From: Tricharina praecox
Lineage: Eukaryota
Reading direction: 5' to 3'
Length of the DNA stretch: 64,000 bases
Assembly: GCF_024521635.1 (NCBI RefSeq)
Contig: NW_026250414.1
Coordinates: 434,001 to 498,000 of the forward strand
The stretch's first letter is position 1. Each line of letters starts with the position of its first letter. A model generated the notes under the pieces. The model was not told where the DNA came from and did no database searches. It worked only from the letters and a program-made list of their open reading frames with translations. Positions 10,844 to 22,946 of the stretch are shown one piece after another. The position numbers were made by a program, and so were the translations under genes.

Positions 10844-13800
10844 AGCTGCTGGGAGTAAACGAACACAGATGTCTGAAGGTATGTGAAGTAGGAAGTTCAG
10901 TAGATCTCGCCCTCTCGGTGGGGTGAGTGAAGAGGGAATCGATGGCAGTGGCAGGCAAAGGATGGAGGTTTTATCAGTTGATCTGACTTGAGATACAGGA
11001 ACAATCAAAATCAGCCGCTACCAAAAGACGCTGAGCACACACTCGTGTGTGCATTGTCGTGACTCTCCGGGGGAGGGGGGGGGGAGAGAAAGGGCGGAAA
11101 TGCCCGGCTCTGGCGAGGATGTTCGTGATTCTGCTTCCTGCGGTGCAGACGCTTAGGTTTACGCTTTTCGGTTCTGTTATCGACCGGCCCGAACTTCGAA
11201 GTTGTGGAAGGCTTTTCCCGCACCAAGATAGAAGCCTAACAGCTACATGGCGGAGTGGCTGCATGGCACTAAAAGCAGTGAGAGAGAGAGATCTTCAATT
11301 TATTTCGCATGCAGTCTATCTAGACTATGACGAACCGTTAAAAGCAGTGAGTGTACAACGACCGTACTGATTAACGTGGACGTCATCTACTCACGCGGTG
11401 GAGGATCCAGACGCACAAGGTATGTAATTATTAAACGTTATATCATGGCATTCACTATGTGCCGAGGACTGCATTCATACAGAATCCCCCACATCTTGCT
11501 GTACCTATCTCTATATCCCTGCACGCCTAAAAAAAATTTCACCGGTGACTTTCACCGCCCCAGATTCTCCAGAACCTGGAACCCCGCCATCGCTCACCGG
11601 ACATCGACGCGCGGATGAAGACTACGGCAGTTCGTTTACTTGGTGACTCAGCAGGATATATGTGGCAAGTCTATACCGTGATAGGCCAGCAACGTAGTCT
11701 TCGCCTAAACTCCACAAGCATTTGGGCATAAATACAACGGGCACTTATCCAATACCATTAACCAAGTTATTGGTTTGAACAGTCTTGTAAGTAAAGCACA
11801 ATATTGTGCTGGTGAATTAGATGAGGCCCTGAGTGTGATTAAAAATGCAGAGGAAAATGAGGGATAAAGGGCCACGAATCGTGGACTAGAAAAACGTAGG
11901 TAGCCTTTGCATAGCGTGGACGATAACTACGAGCCTAAGAACGGGATGAAGGTAATAAATACTACGTAAATGTAGATAAAAGTTAACCAGGTCATTATTA
12001 GATTGTATCTAAAGAATACCATGTTCGGCGTTCGCTGCGGCCCTGTGGCGGCAGCTATGCAAGGACTATGATCACCCAACTAGCGCTATAGGCGCCGGCT
12101 GTGCGGAGACACTGGGGTATGGATATAGAACAAGACTAGCGTCGCTCCACCTCACACGCAGACCGGCGGCGTAAGGGCCTAGGCCGTTTGGATATGCTAT
12201 TGCCCCACGAGTAGAGTACTCAATACATAGTATATATTGGATATTAACCAAGGAATAGTGGGGTTCGCGTTGTCTAGGTACGCGAGACCAGATCTGTATT
12301 TGAGCCCCAACATTGCATGAGACCGCAACTTATTTCCAGAGGTGTGGGGAGGAAACCATGCCATCTTTGGGCAAGAGATAGCCCATCGCCGTGCATGCTA
12401 GCAAGAGACTTCCTGAATGAGCAGACCCCATACATTAAGGTTTTGGACAATCTCTGCATAAATTCTGACTTCAATTGACCGGACTCAATGTCCAGATGGA
12501 ATGGCCCCGGCCACTTCCATTGAAAGCTTAGCCCCCTCGATACGAAACTTTGAACACAAGGTAGGAGCATAAGTTGGGATACAGATTAGCTACAGCAAGC
12601 CAAATGGCTCGTATTGAGGGGAGTGGCAGCCGAGTTTGCGCCTAAGCCGACAGCGCAGGGAGCAAATAACGGCGGTTTATGTAGATATCGTGATGTTTGG
12701 CCGGCAGCAACAAGGTAAACGAACCCCATAAACCCAAGGAAAATCGGAAATGTCTTTCCAGTGGAATCAGAGTTGGCAGTAGTGGCCTGAAGCGGTGGTG
12801 GCGGTCCGAGTAGTGGGAGGCAGCGGCAGTCTATCAGTTTAAAAATAGCCTGTCCCGCGCTCCCCAAGCGTACTCTATTACGAGTGGAAGTGGTCCTCTG
12901 AAATAAGTATGCGTCAGCTTCAACTCTTGGGAATATCAGGCGATATGTCTGCTTCTGAATGTGCCCGCAGTCAAACGCATGAAGCGTTTGGTCTCCTCGT
13001 CACAAGCCGCAAGGCTGCCTTATCTTATTTCTCGCTCTTGGTCTGTATTGTACCTGCATGGCCGCTGCCATGGCCCTACCCGCAGTTGCCACTCCTCGTC
13101 CCGTTGGACTGCATGCGTCTGGCGCTAACTATCCGTGTCGCAGCCGGGATAAACTGCCGACATTCATTCCGCTGTCGTCCATAGCACCCAACACCCACTG
13201 GCAGTCTTTCGTTTTTTCGGAGATCCGCCCGATATGTACTTGCTACGATTTCCACCGGACAACCACAGCCTTAGCCGAAGGCCGGGGTTATAGATCCGGA
13301 CGACCGTGAGAATCATGAGATATGTATGTAAACCCGTAGTTGATCCGCACTCCAGCATTTTTGCGGCGCTAATGCCCCACTGCGGCGGTATTCTGGGCAG
13401 AATCCAGGATCAGATTCACATCCACGATAATTATACTATGTTAACCGTCCGCACCCTCTTTTTCGCGCGGCCTTTTATCTTAACCGGAAACCCCGCAAGG
13501 GAGGTTACCGGTGTGGTGCGTCTGGTCAACCAAGAGTGTTCTCGAGCCGCCATGTGAAGCGCGCTTGCCTAGCAGCCGCAGATAGACGGAACATGAGACA
13601 AAAACCGCGAGAGGCGTGCCGCGGGGCTCCAGGAAGGCATTACCTCGGAATAGGCCGTAACAATAAGCTAGTAATACAGATATGAGCACGACGTTGAGTC
13701 TATGGCGTGTTACAGGGACTTTCAGAGGTACTAACTGCCTCGAAGGACGAGCGGAGACGTTATCCATATGCTTCTTCTGGGGGTTGACCTATAGTCGCTG

Positions 13801-14370
13801 AATAGCTGCTCCGCATTTGGGAAATCAGTTGATTCTTCGCCTCCGCTTGCTTTTTATCACTTACCGGCCAGGCCGGTCAGAATGCCGAGTGATTTCTCAT
13901 GATGGTATGTTCCGCATTTCGATAATTGCTTCCCCTTTATAGAATGACAGTAGTGAGTAAGAACATACGCAATGGGCAAGCATTTAATGCATCCGCGAGA
14001 TGCAGGCAAGTTTCCGAGCAAGCCTTACCACGTGCTGTATCATGGCCTCCACGCTGCGAGCGGAGCACTATTCCAACCTGTCGGGCTGTCACATCCTGAC
14101 ATCCCTTTTGAGCTGTTGTTTCGGTGGACATCATCATGAACCACTCCAATGGGTGGATCAAAGAGGTACAAATAAACGGCTGATTTCCTGTCCGAACTGC
14201 CACGCTTGCAACCCATCAGGAAAATCATTTTCGGCACGCCTTCGAACAGCCAGAAAAGTACCACGCGATTCAAACTTACGATGCATCACCAACTGGCTTC
14301 ACTGGCTTTGAACAGCCTCTCATTGTCCGTTTCTTACATCGCCAAAATCCTTCGATGGTGGTCGGCCCAC

Positions 14371-15390
14371 ATGCCCCCGATCGCTATTACCGCAGCCAAC
14401 CAGCCGACACCAGAGAGACCACTTGGGCTGAATCTCGACGGAACCGTACTGAAGACATTCCTCAACTCTCTGAACTTCGACATTGAGAAGGAAGCGATCC
14501 CACGCAACCTCGAGCTCGAAGCAGCCATGCAGCGAGTATTCGAAGCCGAGAACCTTCCGCCCAAAAGCCTAGCACAGGTCCTCCAGATGCTGCCCTTCAC
14601 CTGTGCGGCGTCAGAGATGTCGTACTACACCCATCCGTTCGCAATAAAGGTCTTCATCGCGACCTATATCACCCTCCTCCTCTACCTCGACGATCTCTGC
14701 GAGAAAGACCCCGCCGCGATGGTCCCCGAGCTCACGCGCGTCGTTGCCACCGTCGGCAGCGGCGGCGGCGAAGAACACCAGTACCACCCGAGCATCCGCC
14801 ACTTCCTGCGGCTGGTACGGGAAGACGCACCGAAGCACTACGGCCCGCTGTCGACGGGTGTGATCGTAAAGTCGACGATCGACTACTTCGTCGGCTGTTT
14901 GATCGAGAGCCAGTATCCGAAGGGTGTGAAGTGTCCCGCGAGCGCCGGCCGGTTTCCGAGGTACCTGCGCTTGAAATCGGGCAATAGCGAGGCGTTCGCT
15001 CACATGATATTCCCCGAGGAACGGTTTCCAGAGCGGAAGTTCCTCGAGACATACCTCCCCACCATCCCAGATATCGTTGAGCTCACGTATATGATCAACG
15101 ACTGCTTGTCGATGTATAAGGAGTCGATCGTGGGGACGGAGGAGAACACGTACTTCATGAGCATGGGTAAAGTGCATAGGTGTGATCCGGTCGATGTCTT
15201 GGTGAGGACGGGGGTTGATCAGGCTGGGTTGGCCAGAGATGTTAGTGCAACGCTGGATGGGAAAGAGGAGTTGAAGGAAGCTTTTGAGACGTATCTAAGC
15301 GGCTACATCATGTATCACTGTACTCAGAAACGATATAGGCTGGCAGAGCTGGGGATCAGCATGGAGCCTTCACGTTCGCCACAAGCTTGA
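14371..15390 (+). CDS. Trichodiene-synthase-family (TRI5-like) sesquiterpene cyclase, intronless, about 339 aa
   Basis: Asp-rich motif LLYLDDLCEKD, pyrophosphate-sensor region YLRLKSG, NSE/DTE triad INDCLSMYKE, and C-terminal RYRL. An alternative in-frame ATG lies at 14281. The product cannot be assigned from sequence. Confidence 0.88.
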   Translation: MPPIAITAANQPTPERPLGLNLDGTVLKTFLNSLNFDIEKEAIPRNLELEAAMQRVFEAENLPPKSLAQVLQMLPFTCAASEMSYYTHPFAIKVFIATYITLLLYLDDLCEKDPAAMVPELTRVVATVGSGGGEEHQYHPSIRHFLRLVREDAPKHYGPLSTGVIVKSTIDYFVGCLIESQYPKGVKCPASAGRFPRYLRLKSGNSEAFAHMIFPEERFPERKFLETYLPTIPDIVELTYMINDCLSMYKESIVGTEENTYFMSMGKVHRCDPVDVLVRTGVDQAGLARDVSATLDGKEELKEAFETYLSGYIMYHCTQKRYRLAELGISMEPSRSPQA

Positions 15391-16866
15391 GGGATTGTCT
15401 GTCGAATGCACTTTATAATTCGATATTTCCGTACTGGTATGCATCTATGGTGGGAAGGACAGCTAGGCCGTTATGGGAAAGTTCCGGGCACACAATAGCA
15501 TTAGGTATGTTGTACAGCTGCCTTGATGGGCTCACATCGTGTCCATGTGCGGCCCAACTCCTGGAGTTTTCAAACCACCCCACCGCACAGTTCCGAAGGT
15601 TTTTGTTTTTGTTTTTGGCGGGGGGGGGGGGGGGGGGGGCGCAGGATTGTTGGATCAGCTAGTGTGTATGCACCCTCTGTCACTCGCCGAGTGATAGTCA
15701 TGAGTTCCAAATGTTTCTTTCTGAACTGGTTTAATTTGCCATGTTTTCTCACGGAACTCCATCGTCTCTGCACCTAATTCTCATTATGACCTCCTAAAAA
15801 TGAAGTGACTCCTTGTACATAGGCGTTTAGAAACAATTGCTGTGGCGGCTACTACACATGATATGTATAGTACATGATGGACGTCTTGGGGTTAACTAAG
15901 TCAAAGTACTCTTGCCGCGGCAAGGCTCCGCCAGAATCCAAATACAGAGTCTATGCGTTACTTCGCGCTTCGCGCCGTCTAATACCTCGGACCGAGTGAG
16001 CTGACTGCACTGCATGCGCTCTCTCAAGTCTCAATGCGAGTACTACTACTACTACTACCGTAGTAGGGTCTACCATTTATTAATCGGCCCCCCGAGTCCA
16101 TCAACGGCGTTTCCAAGCCGCCGCCCGAGTGAAGCGGCAACACGGATGTGGCTTTAACCACTCAATGATCGGTATTGCATCTTTGTGTCGTCCCGTGGCT
16201 GTCGCTCAAGTACCTACTTGGTGACTGATTTGGGTAATTATATACTTGCGCATGCACCCGGCGGGACCGACTAGAGTAAAGCGGGGCGACGTGGAAACTA
16301 CTGTATATAGAACGAGGAATGGGTATTCGCTACGATGTATGATGTAAAGTCAATGGCAGCTATTGAGTCTCGAGACGCAGCGTTTCTATATGAGCAGTGA
16401 CGATTCCCAGCGGCTACCGTGTTGAAGAGATACGATACATACACGATCGATTGCTTATCCAACGATCCCCACGTCACCCCGAGAACAGCAGAAACGATGA
16501 ACGACAAACGACTGGGTGATATCCAGACTCAGGATTGACCTGTCTGTCAGTGTTGGAGGTGCCCAAGTATATACACAATAGCACCCACTGCCTGTCTGTC
16601 TGTCCCAACTATTACGCAGAGTCATGAACCCATCCGACATTCATTATCTCTCTTTTGTATGCCATCCCATTGAAGACACCCCCGAAAACCCCATAAACCC
16701 GAAAGATGTAAGTAAAAAGACAACTGGTACATTTGAAACCAGAACACATGGAAAATCATTCGCTATGCTAAGCCTATCCCCCCACGCCCCTCCCCTCCCG
16801 ACACAAATAAAAGTGATACAAGTACAAGAATGGACATCGTCAATACGCGAACCCGTGTATGGGTAA

Positions 16867-18772
16867 TCAGATGTCGATGTCAATGCCCAGGTCCATACTC
16901 GCGATGACGTCGTCGACACCGCCGCCACGACGTCCCCTAATCGGAAGGCTGCCCACAAGCCCCTGTCCAGCAATAGGAGGGGTCAGGTTCTCCTTGGGCG
17001 CAGAAGCACCGACGACGACCTCCTCCTTCTTGTCTTCATGGATCATGTCGTGCCGGAACTTGACGGTGGTCTTGACGCGCATGAAAGGGTTGGCGAAGCT
17101 GCCACCCTCAGCCTCGGCCCTGAGGAGAGCCTGTCTGGCCGCCTTCTTCTCTGCAATCTCTGCACGCCTGACTTCGGCCATATTCCGCTTTCGGTTCTCG
17201 ATGTTGAGGCGAGCCATACGTTGCATCTGAGTTTCGGCGCGCGCGGGTCCCGCCTTCAAGTCCTCGAGCTCTTGGAGCTCGCGATCGAGGCGGCTGACCT
17301 CGGCTTCGTCGTCGTCCTGTATGGCCTTGTCGCGCATATCCATCAGGTAGCGACGTTTGGTGATGTTGATGACATAATCGTGCTTGCCGGCGTTACGCTT
17401 TGCGAGCATGGCATCGAGCTCGCTGGTGGTGAGCGAACGAGTGGTGAGATTGTGGAGTGCCTTCATCTTGTTGCGCACGTAGGTGAGGGTCGGCAGTGAT
17501 ACTTTGTCGATCTCGAGCTGGTTCTTGAACCGGTTGAACTCGCCCTGGTCCTGAGATTAGATACTGGAGAATAAAGGGAGACAGACAGAAAGTTACCTCG
17601 GTAAACCTGGAATCCGACATCATGTCCATGGGGAATTCACGCTCCGACTTGCCGTGAATGACACAGAGGTATTGATCTGTCTTCCGCGCACCATCAAGCA
17701 TGCTGTATGGCTTGCCAGTCCGGAAACCTGCACCGAGTTAGGAGGGGAAGCACAGAGACGATGAGACGGAAGCCCGTACCTTTTATCTGCGCCATCCTGT
17801 ATACATTTCGATTTGATTCCTTGTCGAACATGGTGACGCGAACAAAGACATCGGTGACCACATCAAAGAAATTGGGGTAATCCAGGTGCTTGGACAGTGA
17901 TGTGCGGCCAATCCTGCACTGGTTGATGTCGGAAAGCTCAATGGGGCGTTCCTCTTTGGCGGGGGCCTCTGGAGTAAAGTCCTCCTCTCCGTCCGACAAC
18001 AACTTCTTGCTCGCATCCTCATCACCGAAGGAGTTCCTCCGTCCGGTCGCCTTACGCTCCTCCCTGTTCCTCCGCAACTCGTCAAGCTTTCCGCGTTTCG
18101 TCGTCTCCTGGGTCTGCTTCGGTGCACTCTTAGTTCGCAACGACTTCCGGATCGAGGCAGCGGCTGCAGCAGCACCTTTGGCACGATCGGCCGCGTTGCG
18201 AGATTTCAACAGGTTGCGTAAGTGTCGGTCCTGCTGTTCGCGTTCAATCTGGGCCATGCGCTCGGCGAGGACAGCTTCTCGGTCGATCTCGGTCATAGCT
18301 CGCAGGCGCTCCTTGTCGGCATGGTCTTTGTATTTTCCCTCGAGGGGATACAGCGGAGGTTCACCGTCTTCATCTTCGTCGGAACCGGATTCGGAGCCCA
18401 TGTCCATGGGAGTCTCGCGTTCGTTGTCGGAGGAAGCGGCGTCGGACTCCTCGTCGGAGAGAGTTTCGCTACTAGAACACGTGTATCGTCAGCTCGAGCC
18501 CAACGAAAGTGTGTACGGGAAATGCGGGCGATGCGGGCGGGAGCATACCCTTCATCCTTGGCATCATCATCGTCACTGTCGTCGTTGCGGCGCTGCTTTT
18601 TCCGGCTCTGTCGCGCCGGGGCCCGCGATCTCTTTTTCGGTGACGAAGGCGTGGCGGCAGTCGGCGCGGGTGTGGGTTGTCTCGCTGGTGGCGGGGAAGA
18701 TTCCGACTTGACGTCGTCATCTTCTTCATCCGAGTCGCCGGCAAGCGCTAGGAGTTCGTCCTCGAGAGACAT
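16867..18772 (-). CDS. RTF1: Paf1 complex subunit Rtf1 (Plus3 domain), multi-exon
   Basis: MSLEDELLALAG start; YPLEGKYKD...RLRAMTEIDREAVLAER; Plus3 region FVRV...YRMAQI...HGKSEREFPMDMMSD; C-terminal NPFMRVKT and DLGIDIDI. Confidence 0.92.
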
Positions 18773-20470
18773 TGTGAGAGGTCGAGAGCAGGAGTCTTTT
18801 TTTACTCTTCGTTAGGGGGTGTAAAGAATGTGGATTGCGGAAGAGGTTGCTGGTGATGGCGATGGTGGTGTTAAGAGGAAGGGGTCGAGGGGGTGTTGAA
18901 AAGGGAGAGTTGAAGGAGGCGAAGAGAGGAAAGGGTGGTGGTTGGAGGAAGGTTGGGTGGATTTATAGTTGTCGAGCTGTCTTGTCGTTGCTGCTCTTGC
19001 TCTGTCTGTTGCTGGTCGTTCTTTCTGCCACTCGCTCTAAAGACTCCTTTCCCTTTCCGCGAATTTCGTGGTACAGCACACGCGCCGCAGCCCGCTGGCT
19101 CCAGACATCCAAAAGTGCATTTAGGGTTGAGGGTTTTGAGCCGGGGATTATTCAGCCAAGCCAACCTAGGAAGCATGACGCACTGCCCGAGTGATTCGGT
19201 ACAGTACTCTACTATAAAAATGGGTGGCAAGGTTCACTGTCGTCGAGATGAATCCTACGCATTGATTTTTCCAAATTCTTGGTCGTGGGTGAAACCAGGC
19301 CAGTAGAGTTTCCAACGGGTTGCGGAGGGTGCGGAGATTTCACAGACCAGAGCAGAAAACGAGAATACGACCAAAGATCATGCTGAATGCAGCGGCCACT
19401 CTACAGGTGGGTAGTTGGGTACATAATCGATGCGATATCGGTCCCAGCACGCAACACCAATATATTCTCCGTCTGAAGTGTAAAACCGTTGTGTGAAACC
19501 TTACTGCCCTCAAAATTCAGCCACCCAGAAGTTAGAACCCCAGGTGCCCTCGACAACCTGACTTTCCCGGACCATCCAATGGATCGTCTTGCAAGCGCGC
19601 TTCCACGCCGACACAAGCCCACAGGAAAGTCTTGATGCTTCTGTAAGGATTGAGTACCACAGGCTGGATCGATCTTTAGTATCTCGGTGTGCATACAAAG
19701 TTTGAAGATATGCACTGGTGCATTAATGCCGACCGCAATGTCTAGGTGTTGGTCGACGAGTACTCCAGACAGTAGGAAGCCTAAAGAAGATAATCCCATC
19801 ATCATCCCTATCCGGTAGGAGTACGACTGCCGTACATATAAGTGAGGCCTCCAGAGACCTGGTGATTCCCAGGTCCTTGGCTAGTTTGTCGTACCCGTTT
19901 CAAACCTCGGTGTAGAATTGACTATTCACGCCGTTGAATTGGCCTTGGTGGTGGTGGTGATTCAGCTGTAGGTCAGCAATATTACTATAACTCACGGATT
20001 CGGATCCCACAACTACCGTACGGTTTTAGAAACCATGGGCTCTTACGGTGGAGTTGTAGTTGCTGCGGGGATAGGTATGGTGTACACTACACAGGTACGG
20101 ACAGAAGGATACTGGTATCTACGCCCTGCGACCCTGAACAGCGGCACGTTCACGTCACACCAACAGGGCAGCGATCGGAACATCCTGTTTACCAAGTGCA
20201 CTACACGTACATTTTACCATCTCATCGGTGGTGTGAGAAAGAAAGAAAGCAGGCCGATAGATATACTATAAAACAAACTCTTCACGCCGGCACAGCTCAT
20301 CCGTGGGAAGTAACAAGTATTAGCATTGTAAGCAGCTGGGGCTCAAGACTCAATTTATCGAGCTCCTTCTCATCTCTACGCGTGGAGTACCGTAGTTACC
20401 ACCACCCCACCACCAACACGTCGTCCTATCTACGCCATCTGAAATCAAGACCAACCAACTTCCCGCCGTT

Positions 20471-21225
20471 ATGTCGCTTCGAATCCTCACCCACGCTCCG
20501 GCGCTCGGCATCTCCCGGATCGCCGCCACCACGACCACCCGCAAACTCACCACCGCCGCCGCCGCCCACACCCAACCAACATCGTCGCCGGCACCGGCGC
20601 CGCCTCAGCGGCCATTGACCGCAAAAGAAACCGCCTTCCTCGAAAAAGCCGTACGTCACCCCGACCCGCCCCCAACACGCCAGCTAACGCCCTCCCGCAG
20701 CTGCGCGTCAACCAAGCCGGCGAGCTCGGCGCCAACCTCATCTACGCGGGGCAATATGCGATATTCAAGCGGGACGCGAAGCTCGCACCACTGATCCGGC
20801 ACATGTGGGACCAGGAGGTTGAGCACCTAGACAAGTTCGACTCGCTGCTGGCGAAGCATCGGGTACGGCCGACGGCGCTGCGGCCGCTGTGGAACGTGGC
20901 CGGGTACGCGCTGGGACTGGGCACGGCGCTGCTGGGGCCGAAGGCTGCGATGGCCTGTACTGAGGCCGTCGAGACCGAGATCGGCGGGCATTACAATAAT
21001 CAGCTGCGGGTCCTGCTCGATATGTGCAAGGACGAGCCGGAGCTCCTAAAGAACGGGGAGATCAAGGAGCTCGTCGATACGATACGCAAGTTCAGGGACG
21101 ATGAGTTGGAACATCTGGATACGGCCGTGGAACACGATGCGAAGGGCGCCGAGGGTTACGAAGTGCTGCATAATCTCATTCGTGGAGGGTGTAAGGCAGC
21201 AATTTATGTCAGTGAGCGGATATAG
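20471..21225 (+). CDS. COQ7: 5-demethoxyubiquinone hydroxylase Coq7, intron 20651-20700
   Basis: [35 protein letters not shown] and [10 protein letters not shown] di-iron motifs; N-terminus resembles a mitochondrial presequence. Confidence 0.96.
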
Positions 21226-21328
21226 TCTGTGTGGCTGGCAGCTGCAGCTTCCTGCTCGATTTCTAGGGATGGCGCGGGACATAGATTGTATGATATGTAC
21301 TCTATAAACAATAGACGACTGACGCCAC

Positions 21329-22399
21329 TCATGCTTCTTTCTCCGTCTTCTTACTAAACAACTCGATGATCTTGTCAATCGTAGTGTTTCCTCCGCTGAT
21401 GACAATCCCCACCCTCACCTCTTCCCGCCCCGCAAAGACACGCTGTATTTCCGCCCTCCACTCGGGATTTCCAAGCACCACAGCCACAGGCACAGCACTA
21501 CTCGGCTCGATGAGGATCTTGCACCTCTCGACGACCAACCTCATAGCTTCCATGATCTCTTCCTCTCCCACCGAAAACACCCCATGGACCTTCTCCGGAT
21601 TGCTTATGACCCCCCAATTATTGAAGCCAACCGGAGTCCTCAGTCCATCAGCCACCGTCGAGCTCTTCACCGCCTCCACCCTCTTCCCCTCCTTCAGCCC
21701 CCTAACACAATCGTCCGCGCCCTCCCTCGGCTCGGCACCATAAACTCTGACCCCAGTCCCCTCACACGCGGTCGCAATACCAGCCAACAACCCGCCGCCC
21801 CCACAGGGCGCAACGATGACATCCAACCCCGCAGCCACCATGGCCTTTACCTGCTCCAAAAACTCCAGCGCAACCGTGCCCTGACCCACGATGACATCGG
21901 GGTGATCATACGGGGGGACAAGCACCGCGCCGGTCCTCTGCTGCACCTCCCTAACGACCGCCTCCCTCTCCGCAGCCGTCGGCCCCGAAAACGTCACGGT
22001 AGCACCATACCCCCTCGTAGCCGCAATCTTCGACGGTGTGCTGCCCGCAGGCATAACCACATACGCGGGCACAGCGATGCCGCGCCGCCTGCCCGCCTCC
22101 GCTGCAGCAAGCGACAGCGCCTGCGCATGGTTTCCGGAGGAGTGCGTGACCACGCCGCGGGAGAGCTCGGCATCGCTGAGCCGGGCGATGGCGTGCGTCG
22201 CTCCGCGGATCTTGAAGGCGCCGATTTTTTGGAGGTTCTCGCATTTTAGAAAGAGGGTAAGCCGGGGACCGGTGGTGGGCGTGGAGAGCGATGAGAGCGT
22301 GGTCGAGGTTACGACGGGCGTCGTGTGGATGTACGGTGCGATCAGCGGGAGTGCGTTCAGGACGCTGGAGCGCGTGAGGGGCTGCGAGGTCGAAGACAT
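21329..22399 (-). CDS. PLP-dependent serine racemase / Ser-Thr dehydratase family (Sry1-like)
   Basis: KCENLQKIGAFKIRGA (PLP Lys), SSGNHAQA, PPYDHPDVIVGQGT, GGGGLL, EPSSA and SGGN motifs; intronless, 356 aa. Confidence 0.92.
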   Translation of the reverse strand: MSSTSQPLTRSSVLNALPLIAPYIHTTPVVTSTTLSSLSTPTTGPRLTLFLKCENLQKIGAFKIRGATHAIARLSDAELSRGVVTHSSGNHAQALSLAAAEAGRRRGIAVPAYVVMPAGSTPSKIAATRGYGATVTFSGPTAAEREAVVREVQQRTGAVLVPPYDHPDVIVGQGTVALEFLEQVKAMVAAGLDVIVAPCGGGGLLAGIATACEGTGVRVYGAEPREGADDCVRGLKEGKRVEAVKSSTVADGLRTPVGFNNWGVISNPEKVHGVFSVGEEEIMEAMRLVVERCKILIEPSSAVPVAVVLGNPEWRAEIQRVFAGREEVRVGIVISGGNTTIDKIIELFSKKTEKEA

Positions 22400-22946
22400 A
22401 TTTGATTCCTAGTCGTGCGGGGGAGAAGGGGGAGTTGCAGGGGCGAGACGGGACAGTGGATATTTGTGGATATATGCGGACATCTTCAGCAGCCAGCTGG
22501 TGCAACATCCAACCCACCAAACAACCGACTTCCGGATTCGGAGAGGTCTCCTCGTTCCGGTGAGTGTTCCCTGCTTCGTCCCGGCGAGCGTGGGCGCGGG
22601 ATTTAGGAACACGGCTCGCTTAAACCCCCATTCCGCCGTCCCACTGCAGAAAAGCAGGCTCGGCCCGCTTACGGAAACCTTACCCCAACTTAAAGCACAT
22701 AAAACCTCCCACGGGCGACTGGGGGGAAAGGGGACAGACTGGATGTTCCGGTAAGGGAGTCGTATGCATCAGTAAGGACCCGTATTGAATAATGTGGGCG
22801 CGGAAACGAGTCCCGCAACAAAAGCGGTGACACATCCGCTGTTTCGGATTTCAGCCGAACATAAATACAACGCAGTGATCGACTTTGATTTGATATCGGC
22901 AGAGTTTGGTGGATACGCACACAAAAATACGCGGGGAGACAAAAAT

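Noticed and set aside
10844-14370. Tri6-type YNAGGCC sites in the P450/cyclase spacer (about 11822, about 12177 on both strands, about 12784, about 13868)
   Set aside because: About five matches against roughly three to four expected by chance in 3.5 kb on two strands; no Tri6-like gene in the window.
8797-15390. Calling this a trichothecene (TRI) cluster or naming the genes TRI5/TRI11
   Set aside because: Only family-level motifs are visible; there are no TRI4/TRI3/TRI6/TRI10/TRI12-like neighbours.
17890-18815. Long + strand ORFs opposite RTF1, and similar ORFs opposite VMA12, APM3, the serine racemase-like gene and the Air-like gene
   Set aside because: Antisense shadows of GC-rich coding sequence.
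19401-19805. 134-aa minus-strand ORF between RTF1 and COQ7
   Set aside because: No motif, splice support or family resemblance that I can identify.
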